From Girardia tigrina (lineage: Eukaryota), in the NCBI GenBank assembly GCA_001938485.1, contig MQRK01223612.1:1-60866 (forward strand): a stretch of 60,866 nt of DNA. Reading direction: 5' to 3'. How positions within the stretch are numbered: the stretch's first letter is position 1; each line of letters begins with the position of its first letter. The notes under the pieces are model-generated. The model had not been told where the DNA came from, did not search any database, and worked only from the letters and a program-made list of their open reading frames with translations. The translations under genes and the position numbers were made by a program. Positions 36,840 to 51,050 of this stretch are shown here, piece after piece.

Positions 36840-37177
36840 ATGAATTCAATTTTAGAAGAATCAACCAGCGTATGTAAATATAACACCATAAATAATGTTG
36901 ATTCTGCTATTTGCAGTAAATGTAATAAGGAAATGCAATATAAGGGATCATCAAATAGTCTATTTATGAAATGTGCTTTCTCAACACAAAATTGATACCA
37001 AAAGGAAATTTTCTGTTTCGGATTAACCGAATAATAATAAAAAAGCAAAACTGAATAAATTAGATAAATTTATAATTACAACATCAAATAAAAAACAATT
37101 AATGAATGAGATTGTGGCTAAGCTAGCTTCAGTCGGCGGTTTCTCAATAAATACAATCCTGAAGACTGATTTCCTTA
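36840..37177 (+). pseudogene. hAT-type transposase N-terminus (BED finger), cut by the Zator insertion
   Basis: SAICSKCNKEMQYKGSS..QHKI, then EIVAKLASVGGFSINTILKTDFLR. Confidence 0.7.
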
Positions 37178-38990
37178 GGGAACGTTCGCTTATTACGTAA
37201 CACTTTAGGGGGAGGGGGTCAATGATTTTGTTACGGTTTGTTACGAGGAAGGAGGGAGGTTCGAAAGGTTGTTACATAAGAAAAAAATATTTTGCATTAT
37301 TGCTCTACATTTCATTCCGTCTTTAAAAAAGAATATCTTTCAATAAAATGCATTTTTTCAGAATATGTTAAGTTAAAACTACATCAGGATATTTAGTAGT
37401 AAAGTAGAATGTTTTTACAAATAAAAAAAATTGAGAAGTGACTGATATCAACTTTAGTGAACTAAAAATGCAAAACAATCATCTTCAGCCAAGAAACTCT
37501 TGTTCTATTGATGGTAAAAAACATGTTAAAATAGTTCCAGTTCCCTTAATCAAGGCCTTGTGAGATAATCATAAAAGACACCCGGATTCTGTTTTTTGCA
37601 CAGCTACTTACAATAACCTCTGTGAGCCTGCATTATTTTTAGGTCCTGAGGAAGTAGTAATCATTAGTCAAGACGATAAGGCAAAAGTACCGATTGGTTT
37701 ACCTGCAGCTGATTGTCAAGCGCCGTTGTTGATGAACATGGAATATCGAGTCACACTTCCTGATCATGATTGGTTTATTGCTCAACAACACAAGTTGATA
37801 CCTTCAGTTTATGCTGAATTAACGATTGATAACAACGGTTTTGGTGATCCAAATGCAGTTCAATATTCTGTTCCTACATACATGGCTGTAAGATCAGGAA
37901 AGCATTCTCATTCGACCGCATATTCGCATGCTAAAGATTTTGAACGTTTATATGACATTGATCAGTTCAAACGATTTCTTTTCGGTGAAAATAATTTACC
38001 AAAACCTGTAATGATAATTTTAGTTGATGGTGGTCCAGATGAAAATCCGCGTTATCAAAAAGTAATTGAAACAGCTATACATCATTTCATCAAACGTAGT
38101 CTTGATGCGATCTTCATACTAATGCTCCCCAATCGCAGTACATTCAATCCAGTAGAATGTCGAATGGCTCCTCTTTCAAAACAACTGTCAGGACTCATTC
38201 TTCCACATGATAATTATGGTACCCATCTTGACTCAAATGGAAAAACTATAAATAATTATTTAGAATACAAGAATTTTAAATTTGCTGAAGAAGCATTATG
38301 CGAAGTTTTCTCAAATGTCATCATTGATTCTTTCGAAACCGTTGCTGAATTTATTGATCACGATAGCTCTAAAATGGAATCAACTAATTTAATTCACAAA
38401 TCAGAATCTTGGATTGCCCAACACGTTCGATCAACTCAATACATGATACAAATTGTAAAATGTTTAGACAAGAATTGTTGTGGAACCATTCAAAGTAAAT
38501 TTCATAAAATCATTAAATCAAGATTTTTACCGGCCCCAATTCTTCTACATTATGCTCCAATGATTGAAATGGAATCGATGGATATCAACAAATTGAAATA
38601 TACTTCACTATTTCAAAGCCTTCATCTTGAATCACCAGAATCACCATATGACCAATATTGTCCTAGTGTCAATGACAAAGTTCAATCAAGAACATATAAG
38701 AAGTGCAAAATATATTTTGCATCCCTTACTTTATTAAGCAATCATAAAAAAAATCACTCCCGAGAAGTGATTTCTCCTGCTGCAAAGACTAGGAAAAACG
38801 AGTGCTACGTCAGCGTGAGAGAGAATTTATGGTCATTACGGAAGAATCACCAGGATTGGATACATGCGAATGGGTAGATATGGATGATGTGATAGTAGAT
38901 TCAACAATGAATTTCGATAAATCATCCGAGGATTCCATACCAGTTTTTGACTTAAATTAGCGTTTAAACCCTTGGGTAAATGAATAAATG
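37178..38990 (+). mobile_element. Zator DNA transposon; right TIR not found
   Basis: TTA|GGGAACGTTCGCTTATTACGTAACAC terminus (GG start, TWA target), followed by a G-rich tract and a transposase. Confidence 0.75.
37480..38987 (+). pseudogene. Zator transposase (largest open piece 37726-38877)
   Basis: SQDDKAKVPIG, LPDHDW, HKLIPSVY, VDGGPDENPRY and FNPVE.RMAPLS motifs. There is an upstream stop and a probable 3' frameshift. Confidence 0.8.
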
Positions 38991-40290
38991 ATGTCTTCAA
39001 AAAATACAAAATTTATTTTTGAAAGTGTTTTGATTTTTAAAAATATTTCGGTAGTTTGTCATTTTTTCTAGCACTTTTTTAAATATAACCAACAATATTT
39101 ATTGTAAGTTTGTGAAAAAAATCATCAATTTTTATAAATAATTGATAATTTCAAGTTTGTTGATTGAAAAGCTTACTATTTTCAATTTAACATGTTCTGA
39201 TATTGTTGGGTTGATAGTGATTCGATGTCGTCGCACTTAATCAAAAAGAAAAGAATTCTAATTCTGATTGTACTTCGTTTTTTGGAGACAATGTACAGAT
39301 GGTGGGACGAAAAGTGATTATTGTTTTCAATTGGAAACAAAATGTTTGTGTGACTCTTTGATTAATGATGGTTAATTGTGATATTGTTCATTGTTAAATT
39401 TTGAAGATCGAGTGATTGATTTGCTATATTTTAAATAAATAAATTCATTCTAAGTTGAACTTCTATTTGCTACATCTGATTTAAATTGTCTATTATCAAA
39501 AAATGTTCGAAGTAAAAATTGATCGTCACAACCCGACAGCGAAATTTTTACTGTTATATTAAAAGAGTTGATCGACAATCGAGAATTTGAGAATTCAACC
39601 TAACGTGTAATAGAACCTGTGAAAATTCAGCGCAGAAAATTCGGTGTCGATCTGTATTTATTTAAGAGCGAAAATTATTATCCACTATATAACATAGCTA
39701 CCTATATCCGATTCTCGGGGAAACCTGATGATCGAGCGGAACAAATGGAACAGGAGTAACGAACTGGAAAGATAAAAGATAAGTAACATTTATTTCTTCA
39801 GATATTTTGAAATTTGAAAAAAATTTTATACTTTGTAGATTAACTTAATTATTTTAGACGAATTGATTCTAGAAGAAATTCTTAAAGGTGCGGAGACGAA
39901 AAATGTCTTGCGAATCCTGGGCCCCAATGATCATCCATCTGATGCACAGAAAATAAAGAAGATCGCAAAATTTGTATTTGATAGTTTCGACCAAACCGAA
40001 TTTAATTTTACAAATCTGTATCAAGCGCTGGGGTCTTTAAACAACGAATGCATCGTTGCTCTGGATTTGGAACATGACCTAAGTAATTCAAAATTTTAGA
40101 TGCTTATTTAATTTAATTTTTATTTTATATTTTGATAAATTTGGCTTTTTTAATAATGCTTAAATAATCGAATTATATTTTTTAATTTTAATTTAGAATC
40201 TTTTTAAACCTATAAATTTCTAATGTTTTAATTTATAAAATATATTTTACTCAATCATTTCTTCAGCTATTTTTAATGTATGAAATATTT

Positions 40291-41043
40291 TTAAATATTT
40301 TGAAAAGTTCCTAGACAGATTTTAAAATTCAAAAGTTTATCATCATTATCAATGACATTGTTTTGAGAGGCCTGCTTAAATAAATCTATATGTAATTGGT
40401 TGGTTTTTTCACGTATTATCAATTCACTAATACTTTCACCAGAAACCTGTTTCTTATTTATCCAAATCAATAATAATTTCTCTACCTCTTCTATTATTTG
40501 CGATCTTTGTTTTGTCAAGACATTCACGCCCTTTGCAACATTGGCTACGTTAATTAAATCCTTGTTTTTTTTAAATTGTTCTAACCGTTGATTTCATTAA
40601 ATTAAAATCTCTTGCAATATTGCTCATCTCATGTTTCTTAACAATTTCTTTCTTTTTTTCAATTGATATTTTGCGGCGTTTTGAATAAAATTTTGATGGT
40701 ACCATGAAGGGATAAGAACTATAAAATAAAACCTCATCACAAATAATATAACAAACCATTAATTAAACTATTAAGATAAACCATGCATTAAATTAATAAG
40801 ATTAACTATTACTTACAATAATTATCATAACCAGTGTTTCTTTCAATTTATATGATGTTTTTAATTAGTTTTCATTAAAATGGTTTATTTAAACACTAAA
40901 AATTTAAAATATCTACGTTTTTGTTAATCTGTATTTTGATGTTCGTAAATCGAAGCATGTTTGTAAACCGAGATAAAATTGACCAAAATTTATCGAAAAT
41001 TTTTTCTCGTAAACCGAGACGTTCGTAAACCGAGGTATCACTG
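40291..41043 (-). mobile_element. Tigger/pogo remnant (CENP-B-type HTH domains)
   Basis: TA|CAGTGATACCTCGGTTTACGAAC TIR, RRKISIEKKKEIVKKHE..KSTVRTI and EEVEKLLLIWINKKQVSGESISE. Confidence 0.9.
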
Positions 41044-41380
41044 TAATAACTTTAAAGCTCTCTTTGAGAACACATCCTGATTGTTCAGATCTTGAAGTTA
41101 GAACAGGTTCCACTTATCTCTTTGTATTTTTGATAAAGTTTATTACTTTTATCTATTTTAGGTGTGAATTGTTTTCCATAGGGAAATAAAATTTTAAAAT
41201 TTAACTATGAAATCTTTCTGATTCCGGATCATTTGGATTATCCTTTTAAAAATCTAACTCATTTTTGAGTTTTAGCTCATTATTTAGTATATTTGTTTCA
41301 TTTAATTTAGTTTCATTTATGAAAATATTAGTAATAACCAACAAAATTGTAATTATGCCTTATTAAAATAATGTTACTTT

Positions 41381-42026
41381 TGTTGGATATACAATTAAAA
41401 TCTCGTTTTATTTTAAATTTTTAATCAACTACTAATCTGACTCCAAATGAACAAAAGGTTTCTTCCAACAATAATATATGAAGAATGAACAAGACCTTTT
41501 AATAATAATTTATTCTGCAAACAACAATTGAAGTACAAATATAAATTCAACTTTTTCAGTATACTTCAATTCAAAGATCAACTTCGATTAAACAGTTACA
41601 ACAACTTTTTAGTTCGAGCGATGCTTAAATATTTTATTTAAAACTTAACTTCTCCTTTATAGGATACTGATACTTTCGTAATGTTTCAATTTATTTTATA
41701 AACTTAACCTTTCTCCTTTACAGGATACTTAAATATTTCTTAATATTAACAAAAATCAAATTTACCGTACATTCAGGTTTTAAATCTTCTTTGAGTAATA
41801 ATTTGTGTGAATTGTAACTGAAATAACTATTGCTTATATACTAATTTATCCTAACCTTGAAAATTGAATAACTAAAACAATTCTCAAAATATTTACAAAT
41901 ATTTATAAATTTTATTAAAATACTATTATAATAATCAAAAAATTATAAATTTTAACCAGCGAATTATTTTAAAAAATTTTTTTATTTGATTTAAAAATTT
42001 AATTTATATTTTTCGGAACCCCAACA
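41381..42026 (-). mobile_element. 3' LTR with polypurine tract
   Basis: The minus strand reads AGGGGAAGA-TT-TGTTGGGG at 42037-42019, has TATATAA near 41835 and AATAAA near 41510, and ends CCAACA at 41381. Confidence 0.65.
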
Positions 42027-42712
42027 AATCTTCCCCTAATGGAGAAATATCGTCCTCGTTATTTAAATTAGAGTAAAAGGCAATCATTGAAATTCTTTCA
42101 AACAAAGGTCAAAAGAGATTTTTCAAATAAAGAAAAACATTACAACCATTAAAACAAACATCGTGGAGGGAATCGCAATTTAAATTCAGAAGTTTTAGTC
42201 TACCAATGTCATTTACCATTATTCCCTTCTTCACTACTTTTAATATACATGCTTTCGTGTCATATACCCCCTTATATTATCCAGCTAATATTATACTGTC
42301 CGGCCTCATTTTACAATTAACTCACTTCACATGATGTTATCAGGGTATTTGTATTTTGCTATAACGTATCGATTGAATGATCTTTCCAACAAATTATATC
42401 ACAATTACTATTGTTAATAATAAGGCATTTAGGATCACCAGAGCACTTTTCAGAGACAATTCTGTATAGATCTTGATAGAATCTGATTGCTTAGTTTTTA
42501 TGTGAACTCATGATCGAGTATGATTTTACACACATAAATCTTAACAATATAAAATAACTGACCCATATGATTTAACAGTAACGAAATCCCCACTTTTATT
42601 TAAGAATACTACATTTTTTTTAAACTTTCATACATTCATGAGGCTTAAATAATAATCGATTTTTCGATTTATTATTAATTAACATTTCGTAAATATCATT
42701 TTGTGATGTCGG

Positions 42713-43187
42713 TTTTAATTTTTCTTGATTAAGGATTATTGAAAAATAATTTTTTAATAGAAAAAAGAAAGGTTTTCCACTGACGACTGTTATTTATTAG
42801 AAAAAAGTTTTTTTATATAAATAATATTTATTATAAAAATTCTTTTTTTAAAATTTAAAATAAATAAATTCTTTTTATTTTAATTTATAATAAATAGATG
42901 ATTTTTTTATATTGTAACATTATCTTATTTTTTTTAAATTTAACTGTTATTTATTAGAAAATTTTTAATTTTTCTTGATTAAGGATTATTGAAAAATAAT
43001 TTTTTAATAGAAAAAAGAAAGGTTTTTCACTGACGACTGTTATTTATTAGAAAAAAGTTTTTTTTATTTAAATAATATTTATAATAAAAATTCTATTTTT
43101 AAAATTTAAAATAAATAAATTCTTTTTACTTTAATTTATAATAAATAAATGATTTTTTTTATATTGTAACATTATCTTATTTTTTTA
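42713..43187 (+). repeat. Tandem duplication, unit about 250 bp
   Basis: TTTTCTTGATTAAGGATTATTG..GTAACATTATCTTATT occurs twice. Confidence 0.9.
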
Positions 43188-43649
43188 AATGGGAAATTAT
43201 ATTCCCAAAACATTTCAAAATAAATGGGGAAAAACCCCGAAAATGTTTAACGACAAAGCCGCTTTATTTAATATAAAAAAGAATAATAATGATGGGGAAA
43301 ACCCCGAGTCACCCCGAAAAACGGTGACTTCAAATAAATTAACTCACTCTCCGGATAAAAATATTTTTTTCCTTTTATAAAAAAAAAATTTTTTATCGGG
43401 TAATGCGCCTTTGTCGGCGCACCCCGAGTCACCCCGATGCGGTGACAATTTTCGACTTAATTATCTCCTCTCTAAACTAATGTGGAAAACTTTGTTAGCA
43501 TGATCAAGGAATTTATTATATAAAGAAAAATATTTCCAGAAAAAGGACATTTATTTTTTTGTAACAATAAATGTAAGTCGGTTTTTTTTATATTTTTATT
43601 TTAAATTGTAAGTTTTTTATATACATAAATTTGATATAATTTTTTTTAT

Positions 43650-46600
43650 ATATATAAAATTTTTTTATTAATAAATAAATATATTTTTTTGAGATTTTAA
43701 CTAATAATAATAAATCCAAATAAAAAAAATAAAATAATAATATTATTTTCAATTAAATAATAATAATCATAATAATAATAATAATTCTAAATCATAATAA
43801 TAATGATAATAATAACTAAAATAAATATTAAAAATAAATAATCATAATCATAATAATAATTCTAATTAAATAATAATAATAATAAAATAAAATAATAATC
43901 ATAATCATAATATTACTATCTCAAATTAAATAATGATAACATATTTTAATGATAATAATACTACAGAATTAATAATAATATTTAAATATATACATATATA
44001 TTTATAAGTATTTTTTATTAAAATATTTATAATAATAATAATAAAAATAATAATATCTCTTTTGTTATATCCAACCGAACGACAAACTCCGGACCTGAAA
44101 TTCCGAAGTCCAAATCGAAGCCAGGGAAGATTTTTATTATGATTATTTATTTTTATTATTCTTTTTTTGTAATTATTTCATTTTATTTGACTTTGTATAT
44201 ATATAAATATATACACACATATACACGTATATATACAAATATACATATTTGAATATATTTAAAAGACTAACGGTTTTCTATATAATAATTTTTTTAAAAG
44301 ATTTTTTTTATTAGATTTAAAAATTTAATTTATATTTTTCGTAACCCCAACACTTTCATTTAAAATAATATTTTACACATTAAGTTTAATAAATAAATAA
44401 ATGATTATAATATTTTTATGAATGGTTATGAATTTATTTATGAATATTAAAATCGTTAATTTTGTTTAAAAATTTGTTAAACAAAATAATTATGGTGTTA
44501 GAAATGTATAATTTTCAGATCTAATACTATATTCTTTTAGGATTCGTAAAGCCTCGGTGGCATGGATACTTGAGTAAGAAAATCCTATTCAAATTTCATA
44601 CATTCTGGACGCTATATTCAACAAACATTAAATCCATAGGAATATCAATAATTGACGAAATTGAAAAGTAATAAAATATTTTTATATTCTTTTTTACTTT
44701 TTTGAAATAATAGGTCTTGTCAATTATTTGATATTCATCTATGTGATGGAAATACACGACTTTACTACACATGTAGTGAAGTCGCCGAAATATTCAATCG
44801 CATGAATATAAAAGACAAAACCTATGCGACATATACAAATATGATGGTTGAATCATCAGAATTCATAAAAAATGTTCTTAATAAAATAAATGATCCAGAT
44901 TTCAATATAGAGGCTCAATCATCTTTTTTGAATGGCCTTCTTTTGGACAATTGCAAAGGATTGGCAGAGACACTTCAAAAAATTAAGTTTGAATGCCGTC
45001 AAGTAAAATAAATAATATTTATTATTATGTTTAATTCGTCTTTCCTTTTTAAATAGAATATAGATTCTCAAAAGCTACACGTTACAATGGGAATTATAAA
45101 TGCGCTAAAATTATTACTATTGAATACCAAAAACAATAGTCGTACATAATGGATTTTACGACATTTTTGCTTTTTCTAATTTTTTTCTAAGAATATAAAA
45201 AAGAAAGTATAACTGAAGAATCAGATGATTTAGTGATAATTTTTAGTAATTTAGATTTAGTAATAAGAACGTATAATTTTTTTATATTTATAAAATTTTT
45301 TATTAATAAATATATTTTTTTGAGATTTTAACTAATAATAATAAATCCAAATAAAAAAAATAAAATAATAATAATATTTTCAATTAAATAATAATAATCA
45401 TAATAATAATTCTAATAATAACTAAAATAAAAAATAATTCTAATAATGATAATAATAACTAAAATAAATATTACTAAAAATAAATAATCATAATCATAAT
45501 CATAATAATAATTCTAATTAAATAATAATAATAATAAAATAATAATCATAATCATAATATTACTATCTCAAATTAAATAATGATAACATATTTTAATGAT
45601 AATAATACTACAGAATTAATAATAATATTTAAATATATACATATACATATATATAAGTATTTTTTATTAAAATATTTATAATAATAATAATAAAAATAAT
45701 AATATCTCTTTTTTTATATCCAACCGAACGACAAACTCCGGACCTGAAATTCCGAAGTCCAAATCGAAGCCAGGGAAGATTTTTATTATGATTATTTATT
45801 TTTATTATTCTTTTTTTGTAATTATTTCATTTTATTTGACTTTGTATATATATAAATATATACACACATATACACGTATATATACAAATATACATATTTG
45901 AATATATTTAAAAGACTAACGGTTTTCTATATAATAATTTTTTTAAAAGATTTTTTTTATTAGATTTAAAAATTTAATTTATATTTTTCGTAACCCCAAC
46001 ACTTTCATTTAAAATAATATTTTACACATTAAGTTTAATAAATAAATAAATGATTATAATATTTTTATGAATGGTTATGAATTTATTTATGAATATTAAA
46101 ATCGTTAATTTTGTTTAAAAATTTGTTAAACAAAATAATTATGGTGTTAGAAATGTATAATTTTCAGATCTAATACTATATTCTTTTAGGATTCGTAAAG
46201 CCTCAGTGGCATGGATACTTGAGTAAGAAAATCCTATTCAAATTTCATACATTCTGGGCGCTATATTCAACAAACAATAAATCCATAGGAATATCAATAA
46301 TTGACGAAATTGAAAAGTAATAAAATATTTTTATATTCTTTTTTACTTTTTTGAAATAATAGGTCTTGTCAATTATTTGATATTCATCTATGTGATGGAA
46401 ATACACGACTTTACTACACATGTAGTGAAGTCGCCGAAATATTCAATCGCATGAATATAAAAGACAAAACCTATGCGACATATACAAATATGATGGTTGA
46501 ATCATCAGAATTCATAAAAAATGTTCTTAATAAAATAAATGATCCAGATTTCAATATAGAGGCTCAATCATCTTTTTTGAATGGCCTTCTTTTGGACAAT

Positions 46601-46885
46601 TGCAAAGGATTGGCAGAGACACTTCAAAAAATTAAGTTTGAATGCCGTCAAGTAAAATAAATAATATTTATTATTATGTTTAATTCGTCTTTCCCTTTTA
46701 AATAGAATATAGATTCTCAAAAGCTACACGTTACAATGGGAATTATAAATGCGCTAAAATTATTACTATTGAATACCAAAAACAATATAGTCGTACATAA
46801 TGGATTTTACGACATATTTTTGCTTTTTCTAAATTTTTTCTAAGAATATAAAAAAGTATAACTGAAGAATCAGATGATTTAGTGA
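43650..46885 (+). repeat. Tandem duplication, unit about 1.65 kb, containing an (AAT)n tract, an LTR-like end and exons of an unknown gene
   Basis: Identical ORFs at 44802 and 46451 (offset 1649), with short GT-AG introns around them and a few SNPs and indels between copies. Confidence 0.92.
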
Positions 46886-48726
46886 CCCATATCCATAAAC
46901 AATATGGATTAAAGTGAGCTACTTTTATGTTTCATTTAATAATTTTTAAAACATGTTTTTTACATCATCTTTGTAAAATAATTCAAATAATTCTATGTTA
47001 ATATTTAAAAATTGAAAACATTATGGAAAGCAAAAATTATATTTTGGAACACCGTTTTGAAATTTTGTGTGAATTAATAATTTTGGCAGATTGCCTACCA
47101 TCATAAGAATAAATTAACATTAGCTTTGTATCTTATATTAAGAAGCGATTATTATGAAATCAGTAATGTCATCATCTTATTTGGGCTACTTTTCAACAGA
47201 TACGTAGAGTGTAAAGCATAAACAATTATTTTCAGATCTATTTATTATTAAAATCCTTAAAAGATTTCTAATCTAAAAGTTTTTACATCTTCACTCTCTT
47301 CAAATAATCATTAAATTATTTACACAAAATTTTAAAGTATATTTTCTACTTTCTATTTATAATTTGTACAAGAATTTCTTCGCTATATAAGCAACAAAAC
47401 TAATGTTAATTTTAGTCTGAAGATTGGGGGCAATTCATTTTACGTTACATAAACATTTAATTTAAAAATTTGTTTCAAAATGTTCACTTTATATCGTTTT
47501 ATTTTTAAGAGTTTATGCAGAAATGTGATAAACCAATAAATAATATTTTACAAACATTTTAAACTGAAATTTATGTGAAATATCATATATTTTTGTATTA
47601 TATTTGTACATAAAAGATTTCATTAAATTTTAATTTTAAGACTGCGGGATTCGAAACTTATTACTCGGTATTTTCAAAAGATATTAACTGTAAGATTATT
47701 GATTTTATTAATAAATTAAAATTTTTAATTTAGAGCGATCTCCTGACAGTTTTTTCCATGCTTCCTTTTTCAACTAAAAAAAGGATGTACAGTAAGTTAT
47801 TTATTTATATTTCAGAAACCCTATAATATTATATTATATTAAGTTATATTATATTATACTAGGCTTTCGCAAAAGTTTTGTAAAGAAAAAGAAATATTTT
47901 ACAATTCTCAGTTTGGCTGGGCTTTAGAACGCACCACTGCGAATTTTCAGGAATTTTTTTAAATTTTTGATTTCAATAAAATATTAATGGTTTTATTTTT
48001 TGGTAAAATTTAAAAAAAAAGAATTTAAGTAAAAGAATTTTTTAATGAAATTTTAACATTTTTCATTTATAAAATAGAAAAACATTTATATTTCCTTATT
48101 ATAATAATTAATTAATATAAAACATAAAAAATTTCATTTAAAAAACCATTTTTTGATTGACTTTGATTCAATCGATTTTGATTTAAATTTTGATATTTGT
48201 TTTAATTTATAAAAAAATTTAAATTGTCCAAATTTCAAGTAAATTAAGTAAGATGTATTTTTTAATTATAAATATATATATTATAAATATTAAAATCAAT
48301 GATTGCATTATGTATAATAAATAATTTTCGCAAAAAAAGATATTTAAAAAAGATATTAAAAAAGATATTTTTTATTTTTAAATAGTTGTTAAATAGTTAA
48401 AAATAGATTTTTTGATAGTTGTTTTATTATATAATTTTTAATTTTAAAATATTTAATAAGCATATTAACATTAAAATATTTTAACTTTTAAGTAAAAAAA
48501 TAATAAATTATTCTGGTGAGATTCAAATGTAAATTAACCCCTCATAAAAATAATTAATAAAATAATAATTTCTTTATTATTTATTTTATCATAAAATTAA
48601 TTAAATATTTTATTAATTCTTGTATTTCTTTATTATTTAATAAATTAATTGTTTATTTATTCTGTTTGTTTAATTAATTTATTATTTTAATTTTTGTTTT
48701 TTTTCTAAATAAAAATAAATGAAATA

Positions 48727-48791
48727 CTCCCTCTGTTCCGAAATAATGTAAATACATAATAAATGTAAACATTATTTCGGAACAGAGGGAG
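48727..48791. mobile_element. 65-bp Tc1/mariner (Stowaway-like) MITE
   Basis: 23-bp TIR CTCCCTCTGTTCCGAAATAATGT, with TA on the left flank. Confidence 0.85.
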
Positions 48792-49553
48792 GAATATATT
48801 TTATGAAGAGTAAACTTCAGAAAAATATCTGTATCGATTGCATAATTCGTGGGGCAATATAAAAGCCACTTTGGAGTTTTAATGGAACGACTTTTATATT
48901 TTTCCTTACTTAAACTTACTCTTTATAAAATTAATTAATCTATTAATTCATTTATTTTTATTGAGTTCCAGAAGGAAATTTTTGGTGAAATTTTTGTTTA
49001 AAAATACAACAAAAAATCAAATAATAAATTAATTAAATAAAAAAAATAAATAATTAATTAAGTATCTACATTGAAAAATATCTATATATGATTACACAAT
49101 CATTGATAACACAATTTGTGGAAAAAAATATAAAAGTCGTACCCCGAGGAGATTAATGGCAAAATTTAACATTCAATTTTGCATATCTTCATTTATTTTA
49201 TTCTATTTTGTTCATAATTTTAGAAAATTATTTTGGGTGTAGTTCCGTATGGGCGCCAGCGAAAATAAATGTAAAATTGGAATGTTTCGTTTGAAAGTGT
49301 CCGAAATTCAAAATATGTTTGATTACTATATATAGACTTTTTCAAATGATTTTTTTGATCTTGTTCAATGTAATAAACAGTTACAGGAACAATTTCAAAA
49401 CAACATCCAATAAATAATTTTTCGTATATAATTTTAATTTTCAATTTACGATTCTATTGCGAATCAATATCGCTAAAAGAATCATAAATTCAAATATAAA
49501 TAAATTTTAATTTTAGGTAATTTATAATATAAATATGAAAATATAAATAGATA

Positions 49554-49905
49554 CAGGGTGGCCCAATGGGTACGCAGCCTCTAATTTTTGCATATTCTAA
49601 ATCTACTCGTCAAGACGAGTATTTTGATATATAACATGTGAATAATAACATTTATAATATTATAACATTNNNNNNNNNNNNNNNNNNNNNNNNNNNNNNN
49701 NNNNNNNNNNNNNNNNNNNAGGGTGGCCCAATGGGTACGCAGCCTCTAATTTTTGCATATTCTAAATCTACTCGTCAAGACGAGTATTTTGATATATAAC
49801 ATGTGAATAATAACATTTATAATATTATAACATTTATAACATTATAGAATTATAACATTTAGAATATGCAAAAATTAGAGGCTGCGTACCCATTGGGCCA
49901 CTCTG
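49554..49905. mobile_element. Tc1/mariner MITE (left part duplicated across an N gap)
   Basis: TA|CAGGGTGGCCCAATGGGTACGCAGCCTC.. TIR of about 49 bp, ending ..GGCCACTCTG|TA. Confidence 0.9.
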
Positions 49906-51050
49906 TATACATATAATTAGAAATACATATAATTATGAATGTCACCCGTCTATTTGGGGCCGCCTAATGAAGGGCTTAATATACTGGACTGACAAAATGA
50001 CTAAATAATATAATAAAATAAATAACTTAAGATAAGGTTTTATACATAAGCCACTATCCTTAAGAGTGTAACTAAAGCCACAATAAAATAATAAGATTAA
50101 GACCGAAAATGTTTTTACGGTAATTAACTGAAGGGAAAAGATCGTAGAGATGGATATGAATGGAGTTCACCGTTACGAAGATTGTATGGTTTTTCTTTCG
50201 GTTAATTAAACAGGTGACGTTATTTGAACCCAAACTAACGATAGGAAAAGGGTCTGTTAAAATTCTTAGAAGCCTGGATTTTAATGTAGCAAGAATTGTA
50301 TTTACCAACATTTTTCGATTTTATATCATTATCCGATATCTGAAGAAAAAATTTAATGCATATCGAATATTAATTGTATATTTCTCAATATTATTTGATG
50401 CTTATTCAACATATTTAATTTTTTATCCTTTTCTGACATTAAAAATCTAAATATTATTTGGTCTATTATACATAAGTAGATATAGATATGTGTGTGTTGA
50501 TTTTATAAAATAAAAATTATTTTTAAAGAAATATTCTGTTTTAATTAATAGATATTATAAGAAATTATTTATCTGTTTATCATAATAAATATAAATTATA
50601 TATAAATAATTAAAATAAATTAAATATTAGAACAAAATTCATAATTAAGAAATGGAATAAGATTTATAGTAAAAAATAAAATAAACATTAAATTTATAGA
50701 AGAAAAATTATATATAAAATATAAATATAAACGGAGAAAGAAATTTTAAAAAGATCGCACTGAAATATCTAAGAAAGTAAAAGAAAAGATTAGTAAAATT
50801 CATATCAAAAGTTACATAATTTATATACATTTAAAGTAATCATATTTTTATATAATTTAAACTCTAGTTGGTGTGAGTATAATTGTTTCACCATCTATTT
50901 AAACTTTAAATTCATAAATTAAGGCTTAAGTTTTTGTTAAACTATCTGTAATTTGTACATAAAAAATAAATATTTAAAAAGGAAATAATCTTATTTTTTG
51001 ACTTCCTTTTATTGATAAAAATTCTATAATCACACCGATAAGCCTATATA

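Noticed and set aside
49554-49830. Tandem MITE copy
   Set aside because: Identical sequence lies on both sides of an N gap; likely an assembly artefact.
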